Source of the DNA: an uncultured bacterium
Lineage (GTDB): Bacteria; Bdellovibrionota_G; JALEGL01; DATDPG01
Direction: 5' to 3'
DNA length: 64,000 bases
Assembly: GCA_964397255.1 (NCBI GenBank)
Contig: CAYNHQ010000005.1
Location: 5,103 to 69,102, forward strand
Shown: piece by piece, positions 47,797 to 57,243 of the stretch
How the letters are laid out: each line of letters begins with the position of its first letter
Numbering within the stretch: position 1 is the stretch's first letter
The notes under the pieces: model-generated
What the model was told of the DNA's origin: nothing
Database searches by the model: none
The model's input: the letters and a program-made list of their open reading frames with translations, nothing else
Made by a program: the position numbers and the translations under genes

Positions 47797-49503
47797 ATGG
47801 AATCCTTCGATAAAATCATTGTGGGTCTTCTTGCACCTCTGACGGGGCGACCCGCCGAAGAAATGGAGCCCACGATTGAGCTACCGGCACAGCTTGATCA
47901 CGGTGACCGCGCGGTTCCCTGTTTTCGATTTGCGAAGGAACTCAAGGCGTCGCCGCAAGAAGTGGCCAATCGTTTTAAGAACGAACTTACAAATCGGGGC
48001 CTCCCTACCGAAATTGCACGGCTGGAAGCCATGGGAGGATATCTCAATTTTTTCCTCAATCGCGAAATTCTTGCCGCCGAAGTCCTGCGTGGGATTGCGG
48101 CCGCAGAAGGGCGCTACGGATTTATTCAGAAAAAAGATCCTCCCATCGCCGTGGTGGAGTTTTCAGCCCCGAACATCGCCAAACCCTTTTCCATTGGTCA
48201 CCTACGCTCCACAAATATTGGCGCGGCGATCGCCCGGATTTTTGCGGCGCGAGGATGGAAGGTCATCAAAATCAACCATCTCGGTGATTGGGGAACTCAG
48301 TTTGGAAAATTAATGGCAGCCTATCGCCGTTGGGGGCACGCCGATCTTTTGACCGAGGAGCCGATCCAAAATCTCTATAAACTGTATGTCCGCTTCCATG
48401 AAGAGGAGGTAAGCGACACGACGCTGATTGAGGAGGCGCGCGAATGGTTTGCTCGGCTGGAGCGGGGGGATGAAGAGGCGAAAGAGCTCTGGACCTGGTT
48501 CCGCGATCTTTCACTCATCGAATTCAAAGCACTCTACAAGCGGCTGGGCGTCGAGTTCGACCATTATTGGGGGGAGAGTTTTTACACGGAACACCTGCCC
48601 GCAATTCTGGAAGAGCTCGAATCAAAGAATCTGACGAAGGTGAGTGACAACGCCACGATCATCAATTTAGAGGAATACAACCTCGGCGTTTCGGTGGTGA
48701 AGAAAAGCGATGACAGTTCTCTCTACATCACGCGCGACCTTGCGGCCGCCATCTATCGACATAAAAAGCTCCATTTTGATCGAATGATTTATGTCGTTGG
48801 AAATCCGCAGCAACTCCATTTCAAACAGCTGTTTAAAATTCTGGAGCTTTTAGGTTATACCTGGGCAGCCGACTGCGAACATGTTTCATTCGGCCATATC
48901 TCTTTCGGCGACGAGGCCATGTCGACGCGAAAAGGGAATGTCGTTTTTCTCTCTGAAGTTCTCGATCGGGCCATGTCGATGGCGAAGAAAGTCGTGCAGG
49001 AGAAAAATCCCGATCTTGAAAATCAGGATCAAGTGGCGCAAGCCGTGGGTTTGGGCGCCATTCTTTTCGCGGATGTAAGCGCCAAACGAATCAAAGATAT
49101 TCGATTTTCGTGGGAAGAGATGCTCTCCTTCGACGGCGAAACGGGGCCTTACCTCCAATATACATTGGTTCGAACCCTCAGCGTCCTGCGGAAATTTGAT
49201 CAACCGGTCGATCCGAAGACGTCAACTTCCTCACTGACAAGTGATGAAGAAGCAGCTGTTGTTCGCCAGCTCGCCACGTTTCCCACGGCACTTGCCCGGG
49301 CCGAAAGAGATCGCGAGCCCTTTTTACTCGCCCAATATCTGATTGGTGTGGCCAAAGTGTTCAACCGGTTCTATTCGGTTCATAGGATTTTGGAAGCGCC
49401 GGAAGAGACGAGGCGCGCCAGAATGCTTCTTGTTGCTTCCGTCGCTGACATTCTTCGGACAGGTCTATCTCTTCTCGGCATCCCGATTCTCGAAAAAATG
49501 TAG
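47797..49503 (+). CDS. argS: Arginine-tRNA ligase
   Basis: EFSAPNIAKPFSIGHLRST, NHLGDWGTQFG, MSTRKG and DALR-type anticodon domain GETGPYLQY. Confidence 0.98.
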   Translation: MESFDKIIVGLLAPLTGRPAEEMEPTIELPAQLDHGDRAVPCFRFAKELKASPQEVANRFKNELTNRGLPTEIARLEAMGGYLNFFLNREILAAEVLRGIAAAEGRYGFIQKKDPPIAVVEFSAPNIAKPFSIGHLRSTNIGAAIARIFAARGWKVIKINHLGDWGTQFGKLMAAYRRWGHADLLTEEPIQNLYKLYVRFHEEEVSDTTLIEEAREWFARLERGDEEAKELWTWFRDLSLIEFKALYKRLGVEFDHYWGESFYTEHLPAILEELESKNLTKVSDNATIINLEEYNLGVSVVKKSDDSSLYITRDLAAAIYRHKKLHFDRMIYVVGNPQQLHFKQLFKILELLGYTWAADCEHVSFGHISFGDEAMSTRKGNVVFLSEVLDRAMSMAKKVVQEKNPDLENQDQVAQAVGLGAILFADVSAKRIKDIRFSWEEMLSFDGETGPYLQYTLVRTLSVLRKFDQPVDPKTSTSSLTSDEEAAVVRQLATFPTALARAERDREPFLLAQYLIGVAKVFNRFYSVHRILEAPEETRRARMLLVASVADILRTGLSLLGIPILEKM

Positions 49504-49540
49504 CTCTCCTTCTTTTCCTCCGGTATTTCGGCGGCCTTCC

Positions 49541-51445
49541 ATGGTGGTTGTGGAGAACATTTCAAAATCGTTTGGGCCGCAAATTCTTTTTGAGAAAGCC
49601 ACGTTCTCCATCGACCCCTGGGCCCGCATCGGTGTCGTGGGACCGAATGGCGCGGGAAAATCGACATTCTTTCGAATGCTCGCCTCTCTGGAACCTCCCG
49701 ATGGGGGAGAAATTCGTCTTCCCAAAAATTTTCGTGTGGGACTCATGCTTCAGGAATGGAATCCGCAGCCGAATGATACGGTTCTCGGGGCTGCGCTTCG
49801 AGGACATGCCGATTGGTTTTTGGCGAAAGAGCGCTTGGAAAAATTGGCCAAGGAGATGGAATCCTCTCCTACGGACGCCCGCCTGGCATCGTATCACGCG
49901 GCGGAAACGGAATTTAATGCACTGGGAGGATATCACCTGGATCGACATGCAAAGGAACTTCTAAGCGGCCTGGGGTTTAAACCTTCTGAATTTGATTCAC
50001 CGGCAAAACAACTGAGCGGTGGCTGGAGAATCCGATGCCACCTGGCGGGGCTTCTTCTGGCTGAGCCCGACCTGCTACTTCTCGATGAGCCGACAAACCA
50101 TCTGGATGTAGAAACCGTCGTTTGGTTCGAAAATTTCCTCTCGAATTACCCTCATGCCGTCATGCTGATCAGCCACGACCGAAGACTATTAGAACGAACC
50201 TCGCGCGATATTTTGGAATTTGCCCCACCGAAGTTAACTCTTTGGCCGGGCACCCTCCGCGAATATCAGGAACAAAAAATCATTCGAATGGAGCAGCTCG
50301 AAGCCGAAATTGCGAACAAAGAAAAAGAAATCGCCCGAATGAAAGAATTCGTGGATCGATTTCGAGCCAAAGCCACCAAGGCGAGGCAGGCCCAGAATCG
50401 TTTGAAATCCGCAGAGCATTATGAGGAAGAAGTCGCTCGTCTTCGCAACGAGATGCCGGTAATCGCGAAACGGGCCTCGCGATTTCGCTTGCAACTCCCC
50501 ACCCGCCTCCCTCGTAAAGTGCTTGAAATTGAGCATGGAAAATTCGGCTATACGAAAGATCGGCCGCTATTCGAATTGGAGCGAGCCATTATCGAAGGGG
50601 GTAAGAAAATAGGAATCATTGGTGTCAACGGCGTCGGAAAGTCCACCTTTCTTAAATGCTGTGCAGGAGAGCTTCCTCTTCTTTCCGGAAAGCTGAATCG
50701 TTCGGAATCAGTTTCTCTGGGCTACTTCGCCCAGCACCGAATGGAACAACTCCCTACCGGATTTATGGCACTCGAATTTCTGTATGGAGGGGCCAGCGGG
50801 ATTTCGATGGAGCAAGTCCGGGCTGTGGCCGGAAGTTTGGGCCTGGGCGCCAATGACATGGAAAAGCCTCTTTCAGTTCTTTCGGGAGGTGAAAAAGCAC
50901 GCGTCAGTCTCACACAAATTCTTTTGCGTCGGCCGGGGCTTCTTCTTCTGGATGAACCGACCAACCATCTCGACCTCGAAGCCTGCGATGCCCTTGTGAG
51001 GGGGCTGGCGGATTATGAAGGTACAGTAATGGTGGTCTCGCATGATCGTGATTTTCTCGATTCGTTGGTCGAATACATTCTTGAAATCACTCCTGGTCGG
51101 GCGCTTCTGCATCACGGAAATTACTCCGAATGGTTTGAACGTTTCACAAAAAAAAGCGGCATACCTGTTCAGACGAAACCAAAGGAAAAGAAAAATGATG
51201 GAAACGAATCACGTAAGCAGCGCAGCGCAGAAACCAGGAAAGAAAAAAAGAAACTTGGGGAAATGGAGGCTGACTTGGAAAACTGTCGGACGCAGCTTAA
51301 GGCTCTCGATGAAAAGCTCTGTCTTCCACAGAGCCCGAAAGATCCTCAATTTGCCACCTGGCTTAAAGAGAGGCGCGATCTCGCCGATCGGATTGAGCGC
51401 CTGGAGGCCCGCTGGCTCGCCGCCGCTGAAAAGCTCGAATCGTGA
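49541..51445 (+). CDS. ABC-F family ATPase
   Basis: Two NBDs (GPNGAGKST/LSGGW/LLDEPTNHLD and GVNGVGKST/LSGGE), no TM segments, C-terminal coiled coil. Start ATG 49541. Confidence 0.95.
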   Translation: MVVVENISKSFGPQILFEKATFSIDPWARIGVVGPNGAGKSTFFRMLASLEPPDGGEIRLPKNFRVGLMLQEWNPQPNDTVLGAALRGHADWFLAKERLEKLAKEMESSPTDARLASYHAAETEFNALGGYHLDRHAKELLSGLGFKPSEFDSPAKQLSGGWRIRCHLAGLLLAEPDLLLLDEPTNHLDVETVVWFENFLSNYPHAVMLISHDRRLLERTSRDILEFAPPKLTLWPGTLREYQEQKIIRMEQLEAEIANKEKEIARMKEFVDRFRAKATKARQAQNRLKSAEHYEEEVARLRNEMPVIAKRASRFRLQLPTRLPRKVLEIEHGKFGYTKDRPLFELERAIIEGGKKIGIIGVNGVGKSTFLKCCAGELPLLSGKLNRSESVSLGYFAQHRMEQLPTGFMALEFLYGGASGISMEQVRAVAGSLGLGANDMEKPLSVLSGGEKARVSLTQILLRRPGLLLLDEPTNHLDLEACDALVRGLADYEGTVMVVSHDRDFLDSLVEYILEITPGRALLHHGNYSEWFERFTKKSGIPVQTKPKEKKNDGNESRKQRSAETRKEKKKLGEMEADLENCRTQLKALDEKLCLPQSPKDPQFATWLKERRDLADRIERLEARWLAAAEKLES

Positions 51446-51448
51446 CGC

Positions 51449-52162
51449 TTACAGTTTATCGTCGCCGAATACGCAGCCAGGAGCCTCCGGGCGTTCATGG
51501 CAGTATTGGCTGACGAATAGCAAACAAGCGGTCTCCTGGTTCGGAAGAATGATTTCAATTCGATTCAGTTCCTCATCCGTCATGGGCGGAACACTCTCGC
51601 AGTGTATTCTCCGAAAATGAATATCGAACTCGGCCGGCGCTTCCACTTCGCCGTCAATATTAAGGACCCCTTCAACCAAAGTATAATGCCGTTTGAATCC
51701 GATAGCGTACGAATTCCACTTTTCAGGATCAACAAACTCATACGCGTTTACAATTCTTTCGTCACCGTCTAGAAATTGGATCCAGTTCCGGCCGAAACGG
51801 TCGACATACTCCATGGGGCCATAGTCGGATTCTCCTACCCTTTCTTGCGTGTGCCACAAAATGGCAAGAGGGCGGCTTTCCAAATCCCCTTTTCGGAATA
51901 GGAAATGCCCGTGGAAAAAATCCCGGTTTTCCCCGAGGTATTTGAATCCTTTTCCGAATTTTTGATCTACGAAGCGCTGAAGAATTCTTTGCGCTTCCGA
52001 CAGGCTCACGAGTTCGGCATAGGGAAGACGTCTGTACTCAATATATTGCGGCGGAAGAAATGCGTAAGGATCAAACTCTTCTTCTTGGGCATTCCCGATC
52101 GAAATTGAAGATAGAACAATACAAACAACCGAAAGAAGCCCCCTACTTCTTACGCCCCCCAC
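51449..52162 (-). CDS. Hypothetical exported protein
   Basis: Signal peptide ending GNA-Q; four Cys in the C-terminal region. Confidence 0.7.
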   Translation of the reverse strand: MGGVRSRGLLSVVCIVLSSISIGNAQEEEFDPYAFLPPQYIEYRRLPYAELVSLSEAQRILQRFVDQKFGKGFKYLGENRDFFHGHFLFRKGDLESRPLAILWHTQERVGESDYGPMEYVDRFGRNWIQFLDGDERIVNAYEFVDPEKWNSYAIGFKRHYTLVEGVLNIDGEVEAPAEFDIHFRRIHCESVPPMTDEELNRIEIILPNQETACLLFVSQYCHERPEAPGCVFGDDKL

Positions 52163-52246
52163 GCTTAATTTAGATCATGTTTTGCATAACGCGTCAATTA
52201 TAGAAAAACTGGAACGGCCTTCAGATTTGTTTTATTCGAATCCAGC

Positions 52247-53968
52247 GTGGAAAAAACATTACGAGCGTTGTTGCAGGGGGCGGTCGCGACGTTCGGACCG
52301 AAGGCGGCCCTACGTTGGAAAGAAGAGGGACGCTGGGGAGGCCTCACCTACAGCGAACTGGGAACGACAGTCGAGGAAGTCGGCCGTGCTCTCCTAGCTC
52401 TGGGTGTTTCAGTCGGAGATCGAATCGCGATCTTTAGTCCCAATCGTTATGAATGGATGGTGGTTGATCTCGCCGTGGTATCGATCGGCGCCGTCTCCGT
52501 TCCGATTTACGCCACGAATTCCGCTGAAACCACTCGCTATATTCTCCTTCATTCCGAGGCAAAAATGATTTTTATCGGAAGCCTCGCCTGTATGACGACG
52601 TTTTCAAAAATTCATAGTGAAGTTCCCGGCCTTCGCGTGACAATTCTCTTTGATGAACCTCCTGCAAGTCTCGATCTCAATGAGCCCATACTCTTTTCAG
52701 ATTTTAAGAAAAAAAGTCAGTTGGTCATTCCAGAGGCCTTTGCCGCGCGCGCAACTAAAATTCGATCAGAAGATCTTTCCACATTGATCTATACGTCCGG
52801 CACTACAGGGGAGCCCAAAGGCGTGATGCTGAGCCATGCCAATATTGTGAGCGACGCCGAAGACACTCTAAAACCTTTTTCGGTGAATCAAGATGACAGT
52901 ACGCTCTCTTTTCTACCTCTCAGCCATGCATTTGAGCGTACGGTGGGCCTTTATCTCATGCTTCATGTAGGAGCGACGATCAATATTGCGGAAGACATTT
53001 CAAAAATTGCCGACAACCTCTTGGAGACTTCTCCAACCGTCATGATTACCGTTCCACGGCTCCTCGAAAAATTTCGGGCGAAAGTTATCGATAAAATGGA
53101 AAAACGATCCCTGGCAATCCGGCTTCTTTTTAAGTGGGCATTTGGTCCTAGCCGCCAGTTTCTTTCGCCACTATTTGAAATTCTATTTTACAAAAAAATT
53201 AGAAACGCCATGGGGGGAAAGCTCCGTATGATCGATAGCGGAGGAGCCGCTCTCTCACCCGACGTGGCCAATTTTTTCCAGACGGTCGGAATTCCCGTGA
53301 TTCAGGGGTATGGGTTAACGGAAACCTCTCCGGTTGCTTCCGCGAACATTCTTTCGAAAAACAAAATTGGAACCGTGGGACCGGCGATACCCGAAGTCGA
53401 GATTCGAATCGCGTCGGATGGCGAAGTTTTGATTCGAGGGCCGAATGTCATGATGGGCTACTACAAAAATCCCGAAGCGACGAGGGAAGCCATCGATCAA
53501 GAAGGATGGTTTCATACCGGCGACATCGGCGAGTTGGATGCTGACAGGTATTTAAAAATTACGGATCGAAAAAAAGAACTGATTGTGACCTCCGGCGGAA
53601 AGAAAGTCGCTCCGCAGCCGATGGAAAATGAGCTCAAGCTCGACCCGTTAATTGAGCAAATTTGTATTTTGGGTGACGGAAAAAATTACCTTGCCGCACT
53701 CATTGTCCCAAACTTCGCGACACTGGAATCAAAAGTGAAAGGCCTTAGCCGAGATCAGATTCTAAATAATCCCACGATCAAGCAGCTTTACGACGAAGCA
53801 ATTAAAAAATTTAATGAAAAATACGCCCGCTATGAGTCGATCAAACGATTTAAACTACTACCCAATGATTGGACAATTGAAGGAGGTGAAATCACCCCTA
53901 CCCTCAAGCTCCGCCGCCGTATCATTCAGAAAAAATACGCAAGCGAAATTCAAAGTCTTTTCAGTTAA
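52247..53968 (+). CDS. fadD: Long-chain fatty acid-CoA ligase (AMP-dependent synthetase)
   Basis: YTSGTTGEPKG, QGYGLTE, GWFHTGDIG and DRKKE. Confidence 0.92.
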   Translation: MEKTLRALLQGAVATFGPKAALRWKEEGRWGGLTYSELGTTVEEVGRALLALGVSVGDRIAIFSPNRYEWMVVDLAVVSIGAVSVPIYATNSAETTRYILLHSEAKMIFIGSLACMTTFSKIHSEVPGLRVTILFDEPPASLDLNEPILFSDFKKKSQLVIPEAFAARATKIRSEDLSTLIYTSGTTGEPKGVMLSHANIVSDAEDTLKPFSVNQDDSTLSFLPLSHAFERTVGLYLMLHVGATINIAEDISKIADNLLETSPTVMITVPRLLEKFRAKVIDKMEKRSLAIRLLFKWAFGPSRQFLSPLFEILFYKKIRNAMGGKLRMIDSGGAALSPDVANFFQTVGIPVIQGYGLTETSPVASANILSKNKIGTVGPAIPEVEIRIASDGEVLIRGPNVMMGYYKNPEATREAIDQEGWFHTGDIGELDADRYLKITDRKKELIVTSGGKKVAPQPMENELKLDPLIEQICILGDGKNYLAALIVPNFATLESKVKGLSRDQILNNPTIKQLYDEAIKKFNEKYARYESIKRFKLLPNDWTIEGGEITPTLKLRRRIIQKKYASEIQSLFS

Positions 53969-53988
53969 ATCAGAGTAGAAGCACGGCC

Positions 53989-54747
53989 ATGAAAGGCGCG
54001 CGCCATATTATTGTAACTGGGGGGTCTTCAGGCATTGGAGTCGCCATTATTGCGCGGTTGATCCAGCAGCCGGAAACGATGGTTTATAATTTGGATCTTC
54101 AGCCCGAAACTTCGAATTCTTCGAAATCGAAAGTCTTTATTCAATGTGACATTTCAAAACGTGAATCACTACACACGGCTATAAGAAATGTTCTTGAACT
54201 TTCTTCCGGAATGGTTTCGGGGCTTGTAGCGAATGCGGGTATCTATCGTGCCGCGAATTTGGAAAGCACAACTCCCGAGGACCTCGAGCTTCTTATTGAT
54301 ACGAATATCAAGGGAACCTTTTGGACACTTCAGGAAGTGATTCCTGTCATGCGCTCGAACCAAAAAGGGTCGATCGTGATTATGGGGTCTGATCAATCCC
54401 TCATCGGTAAAGGAAGAAGTGCCGCTTACGGTCTTACCAAAGGTGCCGTCGCCCAGCTTACGAAAAGCACGGCGGTGGAATATGCCCCGTACAACGTTCG
54501 TGTGAATTGCGTTTGCCCGGGTGCGACAGAAACTCCCTTATATCGAACGGCGATTGAAGCAAGAGCCAAGAAGGAAGGTTCAAAACGATCGGAAGATCTT
54601 CATCAAAAAATTGAATTCACATTTCCTATGGGAAGAATTGGAACTGCCGATGAAGTGGCTGCTGTTGTAGAATTTCTTCTCTCCGACGCGGCATCTTTTG
54701 TCACCGGATCCATCGTTCCCGTCGACGGCGGTTGGACCGCGCAATAA
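53989..54747 (+). CDS. Short-chain dehydrogenase/reductase
   Basis: TGGSSGIG, ANAG, YGLTK (YxxxK) and NCVCPG. Confidence 0.95.
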   Translation: MKGARHIIVTGGSSGIGVAIIARLIQQPETMVYNLDLQPETSNSSKSKVFIQCDISKRESLHTAIRNVLELSSGMVSGLVANAGIYRAANLESTTPEDLELLIDTNIKGTFWTLQEVIPVMRSNQKGSIVIMGSDQSLIGKGRSAAYGLTKGAVAQLTKSTAVEYAPYNVRVNCVCPGATETPLYRTAIEARAKKEGSKRSEDLHQKIEFTFPMGRIGTADEVAAVVEFLLSDAASFVTGSIVPVDGGWTAQ

Positions 54748-54754
54748 TTGTGAT

Positions 54755-54777
54755 TAGTGAGTCGTGCAGGATTTGAA
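54755..54777 (-). repeat. Displaced copy of the tRNA-Lys 3' end (att-like direct repeat)
   Basis: TAGTGAGTCGTGCAGGATTTGAA matches 55846-55868 at 22 of 23 positions. Confidence 0.85.
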
Positions 54778-54824
54778 TGAGTTTCGGCCCGCCATGCAGA
54801 AAAGTAAGTAGCTTAGGCTAAAAC

Positions 54825-54841
54825 TGACACAAAAACTGTCA
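54825..54841. promoter_or_regulatory. Palindrome TGACA-N7-TGTCA (candidate enhancer or integrase arm site)
   Basis: 17-bp dyad about 40 nt upstream of the -24 box; a further TGACA half-site lies at 54854. Confidence 0.4.
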
Positions 54842-54879
54842 ATGAACCCCTCCTGACAGTCTTTTTATGCTCCCCTAAC

Positions 54880-54896
54880 TTGGCACGGGGGTTGCT
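54880..54896 (+). promoter_or_regulatory. Sigma54 (-24/-12) promoter
   Basis: TTGGCACGGGGGTTGCT fits the YTGGCACG-N4-TTGCW consensus; predicted +1 at about 54907. Confidence 0.75.
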
Positions 54897-54908
54897 CTAT
54901 TACCGGGC

Positions 54909-55403
54909 ATGAAGATAACGCAACAAATCCTGACAACGAGCCTCGTGGCGGCCATCATCTGTATTAGCTCAGTTACGTTTGCCGGCGAGACGGCTCTAAA
55001 ATCAAAATCAGAGGGGCTAGCGTGGGTGCTGGCCCTTGATCCAATCCCCGGCGATGCGCTTTTTTATGCGGGCAAGCCCATTCAAGGAACTACAAGTTTT
55101 CTGTTAGGAACCGCGTTCGCGGTTCCTTTCTATTTTTTGGTTGCGTATACAGTCACCGGCGGCCCCGAAGATTGCAAGAAGTCTGGAGACGAGTGGTGTC
55201 TTCACGACCCGACAGATTTATTGCTGATGACCGGAATCCCGTATTTTGCGACCTTGGTCTGGGATGGCATTGGTGGCATGTATGGCGTAAAGAAACAGAA
55301 CGCTGAAATCGAGAAGAAAAAACATTCCTTCTTAACCACCTTTCAACCAACACTAGCCGTGACATCGAACGGCACATTTGTAGGCGGGCAGTTTAGATTT
55401 TAA
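54909..55403 (+). CDS. Exported/membrane hypothetical protein (TM2/DUF5683-like motif)
   Basis: Signal peptide; KSEGLAWVLALDPIPGDALFYAG; C-terminal amphipathic strand ending QFRF. Confidence 0.7.
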   Translation: MKITQQILTTSLVAAIICISSVTFAGETALKSKSEGLAWVLALDPIPGDALFYAGKPIQGTTSFLLGTAFAVPFYFLVAYTVTGGPEDCKKSGDEWCLHDPTDLLLMTGIPYFATLVWDGIGGMYGVKKQNAEIEKKKHSFLTTFQPTLAVTSNGTFVGGQFRF

Positions 55404-55417
55404 CGGAGGGGCGACCG

Positions 55418-55801
55418 ATGAGGAAAGCTATAATATATCTCCTTCTGATCACTCAAATAATGACGAGTGGCTGCTACAAACATGTCGAAATACCACGTGC
55501 GGAGGTAAGAAATGGCGCTCTATTTACGCCGAAAGAGACCGAGACCTTCGTCGTAGTCAGAAATACCGGAAGAGATGAATTTCACTCCGTGGAAATCGCC
55601 AACGATCATGTGATCGGTCAACTTACCAACGTGAAAGGTGTTGAAGAAAAATCGATTCCCCTGGCAAACGTCACGAGAATTGAGAAAACAACATTCAGCA
55701 GCGGAAGAACAATCGCTTTGATCGCGGTGAGCGTAGTTGCCATCGCGGCGATTGTGTTTGGTGTAGCCATAGGAAACTCCTGCCGAGACGACTGCCCATA
55801 A
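55418..55801 (+). CDS. Hypothetical lipoprotein with a C-terminal TM
   Basis: GGAGG RBS; lipobox TSGC; C-terminal hydrophobic helix followed by CRDDCP. Confidence 0.75.
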   Translation: MRKAIIYLLLITQIMTSGCYKHVEIPRAEVRNGALFTPKETETFVVVRNTGRDEFHSVEIANDHVIGQLTNVKGVEEKSIPLANVTRIEKTTFSSGRTIALIAVSVVAIAAIVFGVAIGNSCRDDCP

Positions 55802-55848
55802 GAGCCTTGATGATTTCAACAGTGATTCAAGTGTTGGGAGCAATATAG

Positions 55849-55921
<73 letters not shown>

Positions 55922-56032
55922 ACGGGTCGATATCGATAAGCCGGGCGATGTAACATTCCCGTAGCTGAAACGCAATCTCACCACATTCCTGAGCGGATAT
56001 TGTCGTTCCAGGCGGGGTAAGTTGAACCACAA

Positions 56033-57169
56033 TCATTTCGGCAAAGGCATGGCAGCTAACCACTCCGCAGCGCGGCGCACCTCAATTTTACCGGGATAGG
56101 TGGTCTCACGCTTTAGGTCCTTCACCAACTGAACTTTGGGAATGCCTTCCATTTTCTTATGAAGCAGATGGAAATGGCGGCTGGGCGAAGGATCCGCATG
56201 TTTGGCTTCGAGAGCAATCATCGGTTCATTGTCGCGCACCAATAAGAAATCGATTTCATTCCCTGCTCGCGTGCGAATATAATGAAGATTCCACGTTTCT
56301 CCTCTCGTATCCTCACGGAAATGAATTTCCTTAAGCAGAGCGCATGCAATTAAATTTTCTAATTTTATGCCCGCATCACCCGAAACCTGGCCCGTATCGT
56401 AAAAATAATATTTGGGGGCCTTTTTAAGAGACCGGGTGATATTGCGATGGAAGGGCGTTATTTTGAAAACGACGTATAAGTTTTCAAGAATTCCCAACCA
56501 TCGCTTTACCGTTTTATCGTCGCAGTCGAGATCATTGGCGAGGGAAGCATAGGAAATCGGGCTTGCCACACGTTTTCGCAGCAATTGAATCAACGTTTCG
56601 ATTTTCATGATTTCCTGAACTCGTTCGACATTCATCAGATCCTGTTTGAGAATGATGTCTTGGTGCGTTTTCTTCCAGCGGCCGTAAAATTCGGGGTTCT
56701 CTTCTAAATAGGGTTCGGGAAATCCACCTACCGTCAAAAGCCGTTCCATCGATTTTGAAAGGTCGGCAGGTTTGAGTTCCAGAGCAATCTCTTTTAGATC
56801 GAGTGGGTGAAGCCGGAAGGAGAAAAAGCGGCCAGCCAGCGAGTCCCCAACTTTCTTGTAGGCGTCGAGTTGTGCGCTTCCGGTGACAAGAATTTTGGGG
56901 CCCTGCTCTTCAGAGTCATAGAGGCCTTTAAGCCATTGTTTCCACTTCGGCTTCTTGTGTAGTTCATCCAATATCAGAAGGGGTTTCGCGCGGTCCCATG
57001 ATTTGTCTTTGATTAGAATTCGGTGTTCTTCGTCGTCAAAGTTGAGGTAATCGTAGGTGGGGTGGAGAGACTTGGCGAGGACGGTCTTTCCCGACTGACG
57101 GGGACCCATCAGAAGGACAATTTTCTTTTCTAGATCGCGAGAAATGTAGGGAGAAAGAAGCCGTTTCAT
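56033..57169 (-). CDS. AAA_14 + DUF4143 ATP-binding protein
   Basis: GPRQSGKT, LDELHK, TGSA, SLAGR, GGFPE, PKYYFYDTG, ENL and EIDF..EAK. Confidence 0.9.
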   Translation of the reverse strand: MKRLLSPYISRDLEKKIVLLMGPRQSGKTVLAKSLHPTYDYLNFDDEEHRILIKDKSWDRAKPLLILDELHKKPKWKQWLKGLYDSEEQGPKILVTGSAQLDAYKKVGDSLAGRFFSFRLHPLDLKEIALELKPADLSKSMERLLTVGGFPEPYLEENPEFYGRWKKTHQDIILKQDLMNVERVQEIMKIETLIQLLRKRVASPISYASLANDLDCDDKTVKRWLGILENLYVVFKITPFHRNITRSLKKAPKYYFYDTGQVSGDAGIKLENLIACALLKEIHFREDTRGETWNLHYIRTRAGNEIDFLLVRDNEPMIALEAKHADPSPSRHFHLLHKKMEGIPKVQLVKDLKRETTYPGKIEVRRAAEWLAAMPLPK

Positions 57170-57171
57170 AA

Positions 57172-57242
57172 TGACAAAATCGGCGCGTATTCCGGATTTG
57201 TCAAGACAATATCGGAATAGATGCCGGATTTGTCAAAACAAT
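57172..57242. repeat. Two 19-bp direct repeats plus one inverted copy in the AAA-gene leader
   Basis: CCGGATTTGTCAA(G/A)ACAAT at 57192 and 57224 (period 32); inverted near-copy TGACAAAATCGG at 57172. Confidence 0.8.
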
Positions 57243-57243
57243 T

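Noticed and set aside
49343-49540. N-terminal extension of the ABC-F ORF
   Set aside because: It overlaps the argS C-terminus; the ABC domain begins at ATG 49541.
57172-57242. Possible mini-CRISPR array
   Set aside because: Only two 19-bp repeats with a 13-bp spacer and no cas genes; better explained as operator repeats.
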